Assembly: GCA_963707395.1 (NCBI GenBank)
Contig: CAVPPQ010000020.1
Location: 70,021 to 134,020 of the forward strand
Direction of reading: 5' to 3'
Length of the DNA stretch: 64,000 nucleotides
Source: an uncultured Chloroflexia bacterium
GTDB taxonomy: Bacteria; Chloroflexota; Limnocylindria; Limnocylindrales; CSP1-4
Part shown: positions 26,809 through 35,792 of the stretch, piece by piece
Numbering within the stretch: the first letter of the stretch is position 1
How the letters are laid out: each line of letters begins with the position of its first letter
Notes under the pieces: generated by a model
What the model was told of the DNA's origin: nothing
Database searches by the model: none
Seen by the model: only the letters and a program-made list of their open reading frames with translations
Translations under genes and position numbers: made by a program

Positions 26809-27921
26809 GTGACAGCCAGTGCGCAGACGTACAAGCCCCGCAGCATGAGTCGCACCGAGGCCGCGCAGTTCCTGCTCCGTGGCCGTGCCTTCATCGCGCT
26901 CATCGTGCTGGCCGTCTTCTTCGCCGTCATGGAGAGCTCCTTCCTGACGGGCGCCAACATCGAGATCCTCATCAAGCAGACGGCCCTCAACGCCATCCTC
27001 GCCATCGGCATGACCTTCGTCATCCTGACCGGCGGCATCGACCTCGCCGTGGGCTCCATCGTGGGCTTCACCGGCATCATCGCGGGCCTGCTCATCAACC
27101 AGGGCCTGGACATCGGCCTCCTGGGCGTCGTGGTCTACCCGCACACCTGGATGGTGCTGGTCATCTCCCTGGCGGCGGGCACGTTCCTGGGCGCCATCAG
27201 CGGCTTCATCATCACGCGCTTCAACGTGGCGCCCTTCATCGCCACGCTCGGCATGCTCCTCGTGGCACGCGGCCTGGCGGGGCTCATCAACGGCGGCAAG
27301 ACGTTCCCCAACCTGGTGGGCAAGGAGCAGCTGGGCAACACCGGCTTCCGCGAGCTGGGCACGGGGGAGCTCTTCGGCATCGTCCCCTGGGCCATCGTCA
27401 TCATGGTCATCTTCGCCGCCGTGGCCTGGTTCGTCACCACCCGGACACCCTTCGGGCGTGCGGTGTACGCGGTAGGCGGAAACGAGCGTTCCGCCGAGCT
27501 CTCCGGCGTGCGCGTCAACCGCACCAAGATGATCGTGTACATGATCAGCGCCTTCTGCGCCGCGACCGTGGGGCTCATCATCGCCTCGCAGTTGGTGGCC
27601 GCGCACCCCGCCACGGGCCAGTACTTCGAGCTCTACGCCATCGCCGCGGTCGTCCTGGGTGGCACATCGCTGGCCGGTGGTCGCGGGACCATCATCGGCA
27701 CGCTCATCGGCGCCTTCGTCATCGGCATCCTCAACAACGGCCTGACCCTGATGGGCATCTCCTCGTTCCTGGAGCTGATCATCACGGGCACCGTCATCGT
27801 GCTGGCGCTGATCATCGACCAGCTCCAGCAGCGCGCCGAGCGGCGCCTGGCCCTGCAGCAGCAGGCGGCCCAGGTCGGCGCCATCAGCGACTCTCCCACC
27901 TCGACATCACGCGACGACTGA
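26809..27921 (+). CDS. Sugar ABC transporter permease (RbsC-like)
   Basis: The GTG sits directly after the ATPase stop. Length is 370 aa and it is multi-pass hydrophobic. Confidence 0.85.
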   Translation: MTASAQTYKPRSMSRTEAAQFLLRGRAFIALIVLAVFFAVMESSFLTGANIEILIKQTALNAILAIGMTFVILTGGIDLAVGSIVGFTGIIAGLLINQGLDIGLLGVVVYPHTWMVLVISLAAGTFLGAISGFIITRFNVAPFIATLGMLLVARGLAGLINGGKTFPNLVGKEQLGNTGFRELGTGELFGIVPWAIVIMVIFAAVAWFVTTRTPFGRAVYAVGGNERSAELSGVRVNRTKMIVYMISAFCAATVGLIIASQLVAAHPATGQYFELYAIAAVVLGGTSLAGGRGTIIGTLIGAFVIGILNNGLTLMGISSFLELIITGTVIVLALIIDQLQQRAERRLALQQQAAQVGAISDSPTSTSRDD

Positions 27922-28032
27922 AAGGAGGGACGATCCGGAGAGAGGACTGGGTAGTGGTCGGCCCGGTGGCATCGACAGCGTCGAGGCCGGCCAGGTCGAC
28001 GATCGGGATCCAAGCACACCAGGGAGGATGGA

Positions 28033-29016
28033 ATGAATCGCAACAAGAGCGTGCGCGGCCTGCTGATGGTGGCCGTCGTGGCGGCCGCGATCGGGTCGCA
28101 GGCCATGGTGGCCACGGCCCAGGACAAGGGCAACATCTGTGTCATCGTGCCGCCGGTGGAGAACCCCTTCTTCGGCGCCATGCAGACCATCGCCGCCGAC
28201 AAGGCCGAGGAGCTCGGCTACACGACCACGCGCCTCGTCCACAACGACGACGCCAACACGCAGCTCGAGCTCTTCGAGTCCTGCATCGCTGACGGCGCCA
28301 AGGCCATCATCCTTGACAACGCCGGTGCCGACGCCACGGTGGCAGCGGTGCAGGCCGCCAAGGACGCCGGCATCCCCAGCTTCCTCGTCGACCGCGAGAT
28401 CACGTCGGAAGGCGTGGCCGTGGCCCAGATCGTCTCCAACAACTACCAGGGCGCCACGATCCTGGCCGAGGAGTTCGCCTCCCTCATGGGCGAGGAAGGC
28501 ACGTACATCGAGCTGACCGGCAAGGACACGGACACCAACGCGAGCGTCCGCTCGCAGGGCTACCACGAAGTCCTTGACGCCATCGACACCATGGAGATGG
28601 TCGCCCAGCAGACCGCCAACTGGAGCCAGGACGAGGGCTTCACGGTCGCTGAGGCCCTGCTCCAGCAGTACCCGGATGTCAAGGGCATCATCGCCGGCAA
28701 CGACACGATGGCCCTGGGCGCCCAGGCCGCCGTCGAGGCCGCCGGCAAGCCGGAGATCATCGTCGTCGGCTTCGACGGCAGCGATGACGCCATCATGTCC
28801 ATCAACGCGGGCGGCCTGAAGGCCACCTCGCTGCAGCCCGTTGCCGAGATGGCGACCCAGGCCGCGGTGCAGGCGGATGCCTACCTGACCGCAGGCGGCA
28901 CCACCGAGCTGCCCGAGAAGCAGTCCATCGACATGGTGCTCATCACCCCGGACAACGCCTGCGACTACTTCCAGTTCGCGCCGGTGGAGGCCGGGACCTC
29001 GCCCAACTGCCAGTAG
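28033..29016 (+). CDS. Sugar ABC transporter substrate-binding protein (RbsB-like)
   Basis: It has a signal peptide followed by a type-I periplasmic binding fold (ICVIVPPVENPFF...GNDTMALGA). Length is 327 aa. Confidence 0.85.
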   Translation: MNRNKSVRGLLMVAVVAAAIGSQAMVATAQDKGNICVIVPPVENPFFGAMQTIAADKAEELGYTTTRLVHNDDANTQLELFESCIADGAKAIILDNAGADATVAAVQAAKDAGIPSFLVDREITSEGVAVAQIVSNNYQGATILAEEFASLMGEEGTYIELTGKDTDTNASVRSQGYHEVLDAIDTMEMVAQQTANWSQDEGFTVAEALLQQYPDVKGIIAGNDTMALGAQAAVEAAGKPEIIVVGFDGSDDAIMSINAGGLKATSLQPVAEMATQAAVQADAYLTAGGTTELPEKQSIDMVLITPDNACDYFQFAPVEAGTSPNCQ

Positions 29017-29204
29017 GCAGCTGACAGCACCACGGTGAGCGGAGGGCGGCCGCCCAAAGTCCGGTAGCCGCTTCATCGCTCAGCGCACGGGCCGCGTGCG
29101 CCGACCCGACAGGGCCGGCCGCGCGGCCTTCGCGCGTCCACGAGGAAGTCGCTGCCGACGACCGCGGCGCTGGCCACATCGGCGGCCGCACGCCGGCGAT
29201 GAAC

Positions 29205-29280
29205 TGGTAGGGGAGCCTGGATTCGAACCAGGAACCAGTCGGATATAAGCCGACCGCTCTGACCGTTGAGCTACTCCCCC
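29205..29280 (-). tRNA. tRNA with anticodon UAU (nominally tRNA-Ile reading AUA)
   Basis: Reverse complement: GGGGGAG TA GCTC AACGGTCA GAGC G GTCGG CTTATAT CCGAC TGGTT CCTGG TTCGAAT CCAGG CTCCCCT A CCA. It gives a 76-nt cloverleaf with all four stems paired and an encoded CCA. Confidence 0.85.
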
Positions 29281-29360
29281 GCCGAATGGGCGGCATCCGC
29301 CGTGCGGCGATGCTAGCACTCGTCGTGCCCACGCCCAGGCGCTAGGACCGGTCTCGAACG

Positions 29361-29783
29361 TCAGCCGAGCAGCGGGCGCAGCACCTGGAAGATGATGACG
29401 AGCGCCAGGTAGACGATGGGGATGCTGGCGAACAGGCCGAGCATGGCGGCCCACCCTGAGCGGCGTCGCTCCCCTGCCCTGCCGGTCGGCAGCTCCACCC
29501 ACAGGTAGGTCAGGAGGCTCCCGCTGACGATGACGACGACCACGTAGACGAGCGGGGCCACCGAGGCCCAGCCGGCAGGCAGGACACCCTGACCGGCCAG
29601 CCAGTCGACGAGCAGCAGCACGATGCCGCCGATGCCGGCCACGGCAAGGTTGGCCAGCACGGCCCGCACCACCGGCGGCGGGGCGTTGCGAGCCTGGCGC
29701 CAGCGGATCTCGAGCTCGGAACGCGGCCTGGCTGGCGGACGGGGTGGCACGTCGGATGTGCCGTCCGTGCCCGGGTCGCTCAA
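29361..29783 (-). CDS. Small membrane protein (three predicted TM helices), function unknown
   Basis: The 140-aa ORF forms an ATGA overlap with the upstream aminotransferase. It has hydrophobic segments such as AVLANLAVAGIGGIVLLLV. Confidence 0.45.
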   Translation of the reverse strand: MSDPGTDGTSDVPPRPPARPRSELEIRWRQARNAPPPVVRAVLANLAVAGIGGIVLLLVDWLAGQGVLPAGWASVAPLVYVVVVIVSGSLLTYLWVELPTGRAGERRRSGWAAMLGLFASIPIVYLALVIIFQVLRPLLG

Positions 29784-31069
29784 GCGTCGCCGTCCCGGGG
29801 TCCGTGCAGGACGGTCAGCGACGGCCGCCGCGGCAGGTCGGCGGGGGTGTGCGCCGCCAACTCCGCGACCCGCGCCACGAAGCGATCGAGTTCGTCCTCC
29901 CGGTTCCAGGCCCCCACGCTGACGCGGATGACATCGGCCTCTTCGTCCACGTCGGCGATGACCGATGCGCTCCGCGAGAGCTCCTCAGCGGCCTGATCCG
30001 CGTCCCAGCCCGCGATGCGGAACGCCAGCAGGGCCGCATGGGCCGACCGGCCGTGCGCCAGCTCCACGCCGTGGATGCTGGCCAGGCTCTCCGAGAGCCG
30101 CCGCGCCAGGCGCCCGGTGCGCGCCACCGCCCAGGGCAGCTCGACGTACATGAGCAGCCAGCCCACGCTGCGGGCGAGGGCCAGCAGTGATCCGCGCGCG
30201 AAGCCACCGCTGCCCGTCCGCAGTCGGTCCGGCGCATCCGTGCCCAGAGCTGGCGAGAGCCAGGCCAGCGCGAGGCCCTCCGGTCCCAGCAGCCAGTGCC
30301 GGACGTCGGCCACCACTGCGTCGGCGGCCAGCTCGACGATATCAAGCGGCAGGGCGCCGACGCTCAGGCTCACGTCCACCATCAGGTGTGCGCCCGCGCG
30401 GTGGACGGCGGCGGCGACGCCAGGCGGGTCAAGCAGCCGACCTAGCGGGTCGACATGCGGCATGACCACGAGCGCCACGTCCGTCCCCAGGATCTGCGGT
30501 ACCGCCGGGAGCCGGTCCACGTGAGCGCCGAGGGCGCGTGCCACCGACCCCACGGCCGCCGCCACGGGCTCCGCAAGGCCGTCGACCAGGATGACGCGGA
30601 GCTGGGGCCGCGAGCGCGGCGACCCTTGCGGCTCTTGCAGCCATTGCGGCCCCGGCGTTCCCGGCGGCCCTTGCGGCTCTTGCAGCCATTGCGGCCCTCG
30701 CGGACCCGGCGGCCTGGGCCGGACCTCAACGCCCCTCTCATCATCGGCCCGCCTCGCCAGTACCTCCAGTGCGATGCCGCGGGTGGCCTCCGCCGCCCCG
30801 TGAGCCAGCACGACCTGCTCGAAGGGTGCCCGCAGGGTGGCAGCCACGGCCGCCCGCGCCTCCCACTCGCGCTGCTCGAGGTCATCCGCTCGGTCGGGGC
30901 CGACGCGCCCGATGCGCAGCTCCATCTCGTCCGACTCGTGGACGGCGGCCAGGGTCTCCGCCGGTAGAGGCCCGGCCACGTGCGTGGCGAGGTAGATGCC
31001 CGCCCCGGTGGCGGTGAGGACCTGGCGCAGGGCGCGAACGCGGTCGGCGTCCGCCTGATCGCTGCTCAC
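29780..31069 (-). CDS. Class V aminotransferase-fold PLP-dependent enzyme (cysteine-desulfurase-like) with an internal 15-aa tandem duplication
   Basis: It has the class V fold length and pattern. It carries an internal PQWLQEPQG repeat. Confidence 0.65.
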   Translation of the reverse strand: MSSDQADADRVRALRQVLTATGAGIYLATHVAGPLPAETLAAVHESDEMELRIGRVGPDRADDLEQREWEARAAVAATLRAPFEQVVLAHGAAEATRGIALEVLARRADDERGVEVRPRPPGPRGPQWLQEPQGPPGTPGPQWLQEPQGSPRSRPQLRVILVDGLAEPVAAAVGSVARALGAHVDRLPAVPQILGTDVALVVMPHVDPLGRLLDPPGVAAAVHRAGAHLMVDVSLSVGALPLDIVELAADAVVADVRHWLLGPEGLALAWLSPALGTDAPDRLRTGSGGFARGSLLALARSVGWLLMYVELPWAVARTGRLARRLSESLASIHGVELAHGRSAHAALLAFRIAGWDADQAAEELSRSASVIADVDEEADVIRVSVGAWNREDELDRFVARVAELAAHTPADLPRRPSLTVLHGPRDGDA

Positions 31070-31139
31070 GGGCGGCCCGGGCAGCGGACGGCCGACCCGC
31101 CAGGACGAACGATCAAACGGGGCATGGCGTCATCATCGC

Positions 31140-32985
31140 TCATGGCCGCTGGGCATCGTGGGCCAGGACGCCAGCGCGACCACCGGCCTGGAGCCGCTCG
31201 TGGAGCGCCGCGACCGTGCTCAGCCGGTCGATCTGGCTGGCCGTCTTGTCGTCACGGAGTCGAACGATGCGCGGGAAGCGCAGCGCGAAGCCGGAGGCAT
31301 GGCGCGCCGAGCGGTGCACGACGTCGAAGGCGATCTCCACCACCACCTCCGGCTCGACCACGCGGTAGCGCCCGTGCCGGCTGATGGTGTGACCCTCGAA
31401 CCAGCGCGTCATCTCCGCGATCTCGGCATCCGTGAGCCCCGAGTAGGCCTTGCCGACCGTCACCAGCGCGCCGTCCGCGGCGCCCGGTCGGTCGTCCAGG
31501 ACAGCGAACGTGTAGTCGGAGAGCAGCGCGTGCCGGCGGCCGTGACCGACCTCCACGCCGACCACCACACAGTCGAGCGTCGTCGTTGCCTTCTTGAGCT
31601 TCAGCCAGGCGTAGCCGCGTCGACCGGGTACATAGGCCGACTCCGGTATCCTTGATCATGAGGCCCTCATTGCCGCGAGCCTGCGCCTCGTCGAAGAGGC
31701 GTGCCAGCCCGTCGGCATCGGCGGCATCCACGAGAGCGGCCAGCCCGAAGCCGGGCGTCCGGTCCAGCCCCAGGGCCTCCAGTCGGGCGCGCCGCTGGCG
31801 CAGGGGCAGGAGCAGCAACGGCTCCACCGACACGAGAGGGGCATCGTCCGTGCCGGCAGTGGTCGCGGGCGTAGGTCGCCCCGTCGCGGGCATAGGTCGC
31901 CCAGTCGCGGAGGTGGGCCACCCGCTTGCGGGCGTCAGCGCCAGCGCATCGAAGGCCACGTAGATGACCGGCACCCGTGCCAGGATGACGTCCGATGGCG
32001 CCTTGCGGCCCAGCCGGGCCTGCAGCTCCAGGAACGGCAGGGCAGCGCCCTCCTTCCACGCCAGGATCTCGCCATCGAGGATGCCGTCCCAGGGCAGTGG
32101 CTCCGCCGCCCGCACCACCTCCGGGAACTGGTCAGTCACGTCATTGAGATCGCGGCTGTAGAGCCGCACCTGCCGACCCTCCTTGTGGAGCTGGGCGCGA
32201 ATGCCGTCGTACTTGTCCTCCACCCAGACCGGCGGGCGCATCCGTCGCATCGCCTCCGCCTCGTCGGCGACGGGCGAGGCCAGCATCGACGTGAGCGCAT
32301 GGAAGAGCGTCAGCCGCGCGCTCGCGAGCGCGTCGTGGCGGGCCAGCACGGCAGTACGGCCGATGTCCCCGGTGAGCATGCCGGCCCAGCGCACGTCCGC
32401 CAGGTCACGCTCGAAGGCGGCCGCGACGGCCGATTCCAGATGACCCGCGCGCAGGCCGATGCGCAGCTCACCGCTCAGGATGGCCACCACGTAGCGTGCC
32501 GCCAGGGGGTCACAGCGGCGCAGCAGCCCGCTCATGACCTCGCGCTTGGCCTCCATGCCCCGGGCCGCCACCACCGCCGCGTAGCCATCCGCGACATCCG
32601 CCAGGCGCAGCGGCGGCGCGTCCTTCAGGGGCTCGTGGCCGGCCTCCGCGAAGACCTCGCCGACGGCCGTGCCAAGGTCGGAGGAGCGGTCGTAGGCGGC
32701 ACGGAGCGCATCCTCGCCCGCCCCGGAAACCTCGTGCACGATGGCCCTGATGGCCACCCAGCCCAGGCCGGTGGTGCGCTGCTGTTGCTCCGGGAAGGGT
32801 CGTCCGGAAAGGAAGACGGCGGCGGTAGCCAGGCCCGCGTCGTCCAGCGTTCGCAGGTAGCCCGCGATGATGGTCACCTTCTCCGAGGTCCTGGGCGTGG
32901 CGCGCACCTGCTCGGCGGTCTCCGCCCAGCGCCGCATCGCGTCAGCGCCCTCGATGTCGCCAGCGTGCATGCCCATGCCGTCCAT
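31140..32985 (-). pseudogene. ATP-dependent DNA ligase (LigB-type: DNA-binding, adenylation and OB domains) disrupted by a +1 frameshift near 31590
   Basis: Adenylation motif I (KYDGIRAQ) and ...EGLMIKDTG lie in one frame. The downstream OB-domain part (SAYVPGRRGYAWLKLKK...VVVGVEVGHGRRH...FPRIVRLRDDK) lies in a second frame, with one extra base at ACCGGAGTCGGCC. Confidence 0.75.
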
Positions 32986-33155
32986 GCTAGACAGCCAGCC
33001 TGCGCGGGACACGACCACATCGGCCCTGGCAGCGCGCGCCCCCGCGCACACCCGCGGGCAGCGACACGCGCGCGCACCGGGGCCGTGGCGTGGGGTAGCA
33101 TCGGCGGCCGATGCTACTGGCCGACACCTCACGCGACTCCTGGCACCCGCCAGCG

Positions 33156-33704
33156 ATGGAGGGGACCCGCGTCACCCTCCGCCATCACCGAGTGGAGGAC
33201 CTGCCGCACGTCCGCCGCTGGTACCGCGACCCGGAGTTGGCGCGACTCACGCGCTACTCCGTGCTGCCCATGTCCGACGACGAGGTCGACCGCTTCTTCC
33301 ACGCCCGTCTCATGTCTCCCGAATCGGTCGCCTATGCCATCGACCTGCGGGAGCCCAGCCGCCTGGTCGGCCTGACGACCTTCAGCAACCTCGACCCGGA
33401 CAACGGCAGCGCGCTCTTCCACATCACCATCGGCGAGCCGGGTGCCTGGGGGCAGGGCTACGGCACGGAAGCCACCGGCCTCATGCTGCGGCTGGCCTTC
33501 GAGCGCATCGGCCTGCACCGCGTGAGCCTGTCCGTGTTCAGCTTCAACGGGCGAGCCATCCGCAGCTACCAGAAGTCGGGCTTCCGGCTGGAAGGGCGCG
33601 CGCGGGAAGCCATCCTGCGCAGCGGCGAGCGCTTCGACGAGCTGCACATGGGGATCCTGGCGCAGGAGTGGCTGGCGCAGCAGGCAGAGGACGTGACGCG
33701 GTGA
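33156..33704 (+). CDS. GNAT-family N-acetyltransferase (RimJ/RimL-like)
   Basis: It has the GNAT core (LVGLTTF...HITIGEPGAWGQGYGTEA...FERIGLHRVSL). Confidence 0.75.
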   Translation: MEGTRVTLRHHRVEDLPHVRRWYRDPELARLTRYSVLPMSDDEVDRFFHARLMSPESVAYAIDLREPSRLVGLTTFSNLDPDNGSALFHITIGEPGAWGQGYGTEATGLMLRLAFERIGLHRVSLSVFSFNGRAIRSYQKSGFRLEGRAREAILRSGERFDELHMGILAQEWLAQQAEDVTR

Positions 33705-34468
33705 GCGGCCCCGTCGGCCGCCGCATCGAGTACGACCGCGCCACGCTGGAGCTCGATGACCTGGACCCGGACCCTCTCCGGCAGTTCAACGACTGGCTCA
33801 TGGACGCCGCGGATGCCGGCCACCTGGAGCCCAACGCCATGACGCTGGCCACGGCGGCGGCAGATGGCACACCCTCCGCTCGGGTCGTGCTGCTGCGCGG
33901 CGTCGACGAGCGAGGCTTCACCTGGTACACCAACCGCACGTCGCTGAAGAGCCGCGACCTGGAGGCCAATCCGCAGGCAGCGCTCGTCTTCCACTGGGAG
34001 CGGCTGGAGCGGCAGGTGCGGGTCAGCGGCAACGTCTCGATCATCCCCGATGACGAGTCGACCGCCTACTTCGCCTCCCGGCCGCGCCGCAGCCAGCTCG
34101 CTGCCTGGGCCTCACCACAGGGCCAGCCACTCGACAGCCGGGTGGAGCTCGTCTCGGCCACGGAGCGCTACGCCATCCTCTATCCCGACAAGGTGCCCCT
34201 GCCGCCCTTCTGGGGCGGCTATCGGATGCGGCCGCACATGCTGGAGTTCTGGCAGGGTCGACGCAGCCGTATGCACGACCGGTTCCTGTACCTGCCCGAG
34301 GACGCCGACGCGAGGGCACCCGACGCCGGCGCTGGAGGCCCGAGTGCAGCCGGCGCCGACTCTGGACGCCAGAGTGCAGACAGCGCTGGAGGCCCGAGCG
34401 CAGACAGTGATGCTCGACCTGGTGAGACAAGCGCGCCGAGATGGCGGATCGTGCGGCTGGCACCGTAG
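33701..34468 (+). CDS. pdxH: Pyridoxamine 5'-phosphate oxidase with a low-complexity in-frame insertion before the conserved C-terminus
   Basis: It forms a GTGA overlap with the GNAT gene. It has PdxH motifs (RVVLLRGVDERGFTWYTNRTS, FWGGYRM, EFWQG...HDRF) and the terminal WRIVRLAP, compared with the E. coli WKIDRLAP ending. Confidence 0.85.
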   Translation: MSGPVGRRIEYDRATLELDDLDPDPLRQFNDWLMDAADAGHLEPNAMTLATAAADGTPSARVVLLRGVDERGFTWYTNRTSLKSRDLEANPQAALVFHWERLERQVRVSGNVSIIPDDESTAYFASRPRRSQLAAWASPQGQPLDSRVELVSATERYAILYPDKVPLPPFWGGYRMRPHMLEFWQGRRSRMHDRFLYLPEDADARAPDAGAGGPSAAGADSGRQSADSAGGPSADSDARPGETSAPRWRIVRLAP

Positions 34469-34496
34469 CGGCTGCCCTCACGTTCACCGCGGTGAG

Positions 34497-34683
34497 GCGT
34501 TCGGCCACGAACGGTCGATGCATCGACAAGATGCCGCCCGACGGCGTCGGCAGCCCGTCGGGGACGACCCTCGGGCCACGAACGGTCGATGCATCGACAG
34601 ATCCTGCCCGTAGGCTCCGGCGTCCGGGGACGACCCCGGGCCGCGAACGGTCGATGCATCGACAAGATGCCGCCCGACGGCGG
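34497..34683. repeat. Three direct repeats of about 55-60 bp, each containing the perfect 14-bp palindrome GTCGATGCATCGAC
   Basis: The palindromes lie at 34514-34527, 34585-34598 and 34650-34663, each flanked by near-identical sequence (GGGACGACCCyGGGCCrCGAAC...). The repeats sit in the convergent intergenic region between pdxH and the DHOD-like gene. Confidence 0.75.
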
Positions 34684-34767
34684 GCAAGGTCGAGAAGAGG
34701 CGCGGCGGAATGATCGAGCGCCCGGTGGTGGGCCGGGCGCTCGATCTGCTTGGCCGACCGGGGGTCG

Positions 34768-35792
34768 TCAGGCGGTGGCGGTGAAGCTCGCCGGCGTGGT
34801 CCAGGAGTGCAGAGTCCGGATGTACTGGGCGCGCTCGAAGGCGCCCGGGTCACCCACCTTGCCCTGACTGGCGCTGCCGCGCAGCTGGCCGACCGATTGG
34901 TACTCGTTCTCCACCATCCAGGCGCGCATCTCCGCTTCGACGTCAGCGATCTTGCCGGGCCCGTCGCGCAGGAGCGCGGAGGCCATGGCCACCACGTCCG
35001 CCCCGACCATGAGGGCCTTGATGGCGTCCTGGCCGCTGTGGATGCCGGAGGTGGCGGCAAGGCCGACCTCCGGGCCAAGCTGCGGACGGAGGATGGCGGT
35101 CCAGCGCATGGGCAGTCGCAGCTCTGAGGAGTGGCTGAGGCTGACCCGCGGCACCACGGCCAGCTCGTCGAGGTCGATGTCCGGCTGGTAGAAGCGGTTG
35201 AAGAGGACGAGGCCGTTGGCACCCGCCTCGACGGCCTTGCCGGCGAAGTTCGCCAGGGCCGTGTAGTAGGGGCTGAGCTTCACGGCCAGGGGCAGGTTGA
35301 CGGCTCCGCGCACAGCCGCGATGAGCTCGAGGTCTTCCTCCTCGATGTCCACCGACGTGCGTGTGCGGTCGACGCTGATGCGGTAGAGGTTGAGTTCCAA
35401 GGCGTCCGCGCCCGCGTCAGCCATGAGCCGCGCGAAGCGCACCCAGCCGCCGGTCGAGTTGGCATTGAGGCTGGCGATGACCGGGATCCGTGCCTTGGAC
35501 TTGATGCGTTCAAGGGTGCGCAGGTAGCGTTCGCCCTCGCCGATGAACGTCTCGACCTCCGGGAAGTAGTCGAGGGCCTCGGCGAAACCTTCCGAGCCGG
35601 CCTCCAGGGAGTTGGAGAGCTCGATCTCCTCGTTCTCGATCTCCTCCTCGAAGAGCGAGGGCATGACGATGGCACCGACCCCGGCAGCCTCCATCCGCGC
35701 CGTCATATCCGGGTCGCGGGTCAGCGGCGAAGCGGAAGCGATGATGGGTGATCGCAGCTCCAGCCCCAGGTATCGGGTGCTCAGATCGACGG

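Noticed and set aside
29016-29400. Possible integrated mobile element next to the tRNA
   Set aside because: There is no integrase, transposase or direct repeat of the tRNA 3' end. The flanking genes are ordinary chromosomal genes.
29080-29502. 140-aa minus ORF overlapping the tRNA
   Set aside because: It overlaps a well-formed tRNA gene and intergenic DNA. It has no protein features.
32867-34468. 533-aa plus ORF apparently spanning the GNAT and pdxH genes
   Set aside because: It is a frame coincidence. The 5' part is antisense to the ligase. The GNAT gene is in another frame. pdxH starts at the GTG at 33701 (GTGA overlap).
34497-34683. Possible CRISPR array
   Set aside because: There are only three repeat copies with irregular short spacers and no cas genes. 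The repeats are themselves palindromic and REP-like.
34219-34713. Cluster of small overlapping ORFs encoding RCIDRS-containing peptides
   Set aside because: They are produced by the three palindrome-containing direct repeats. They are not genes.
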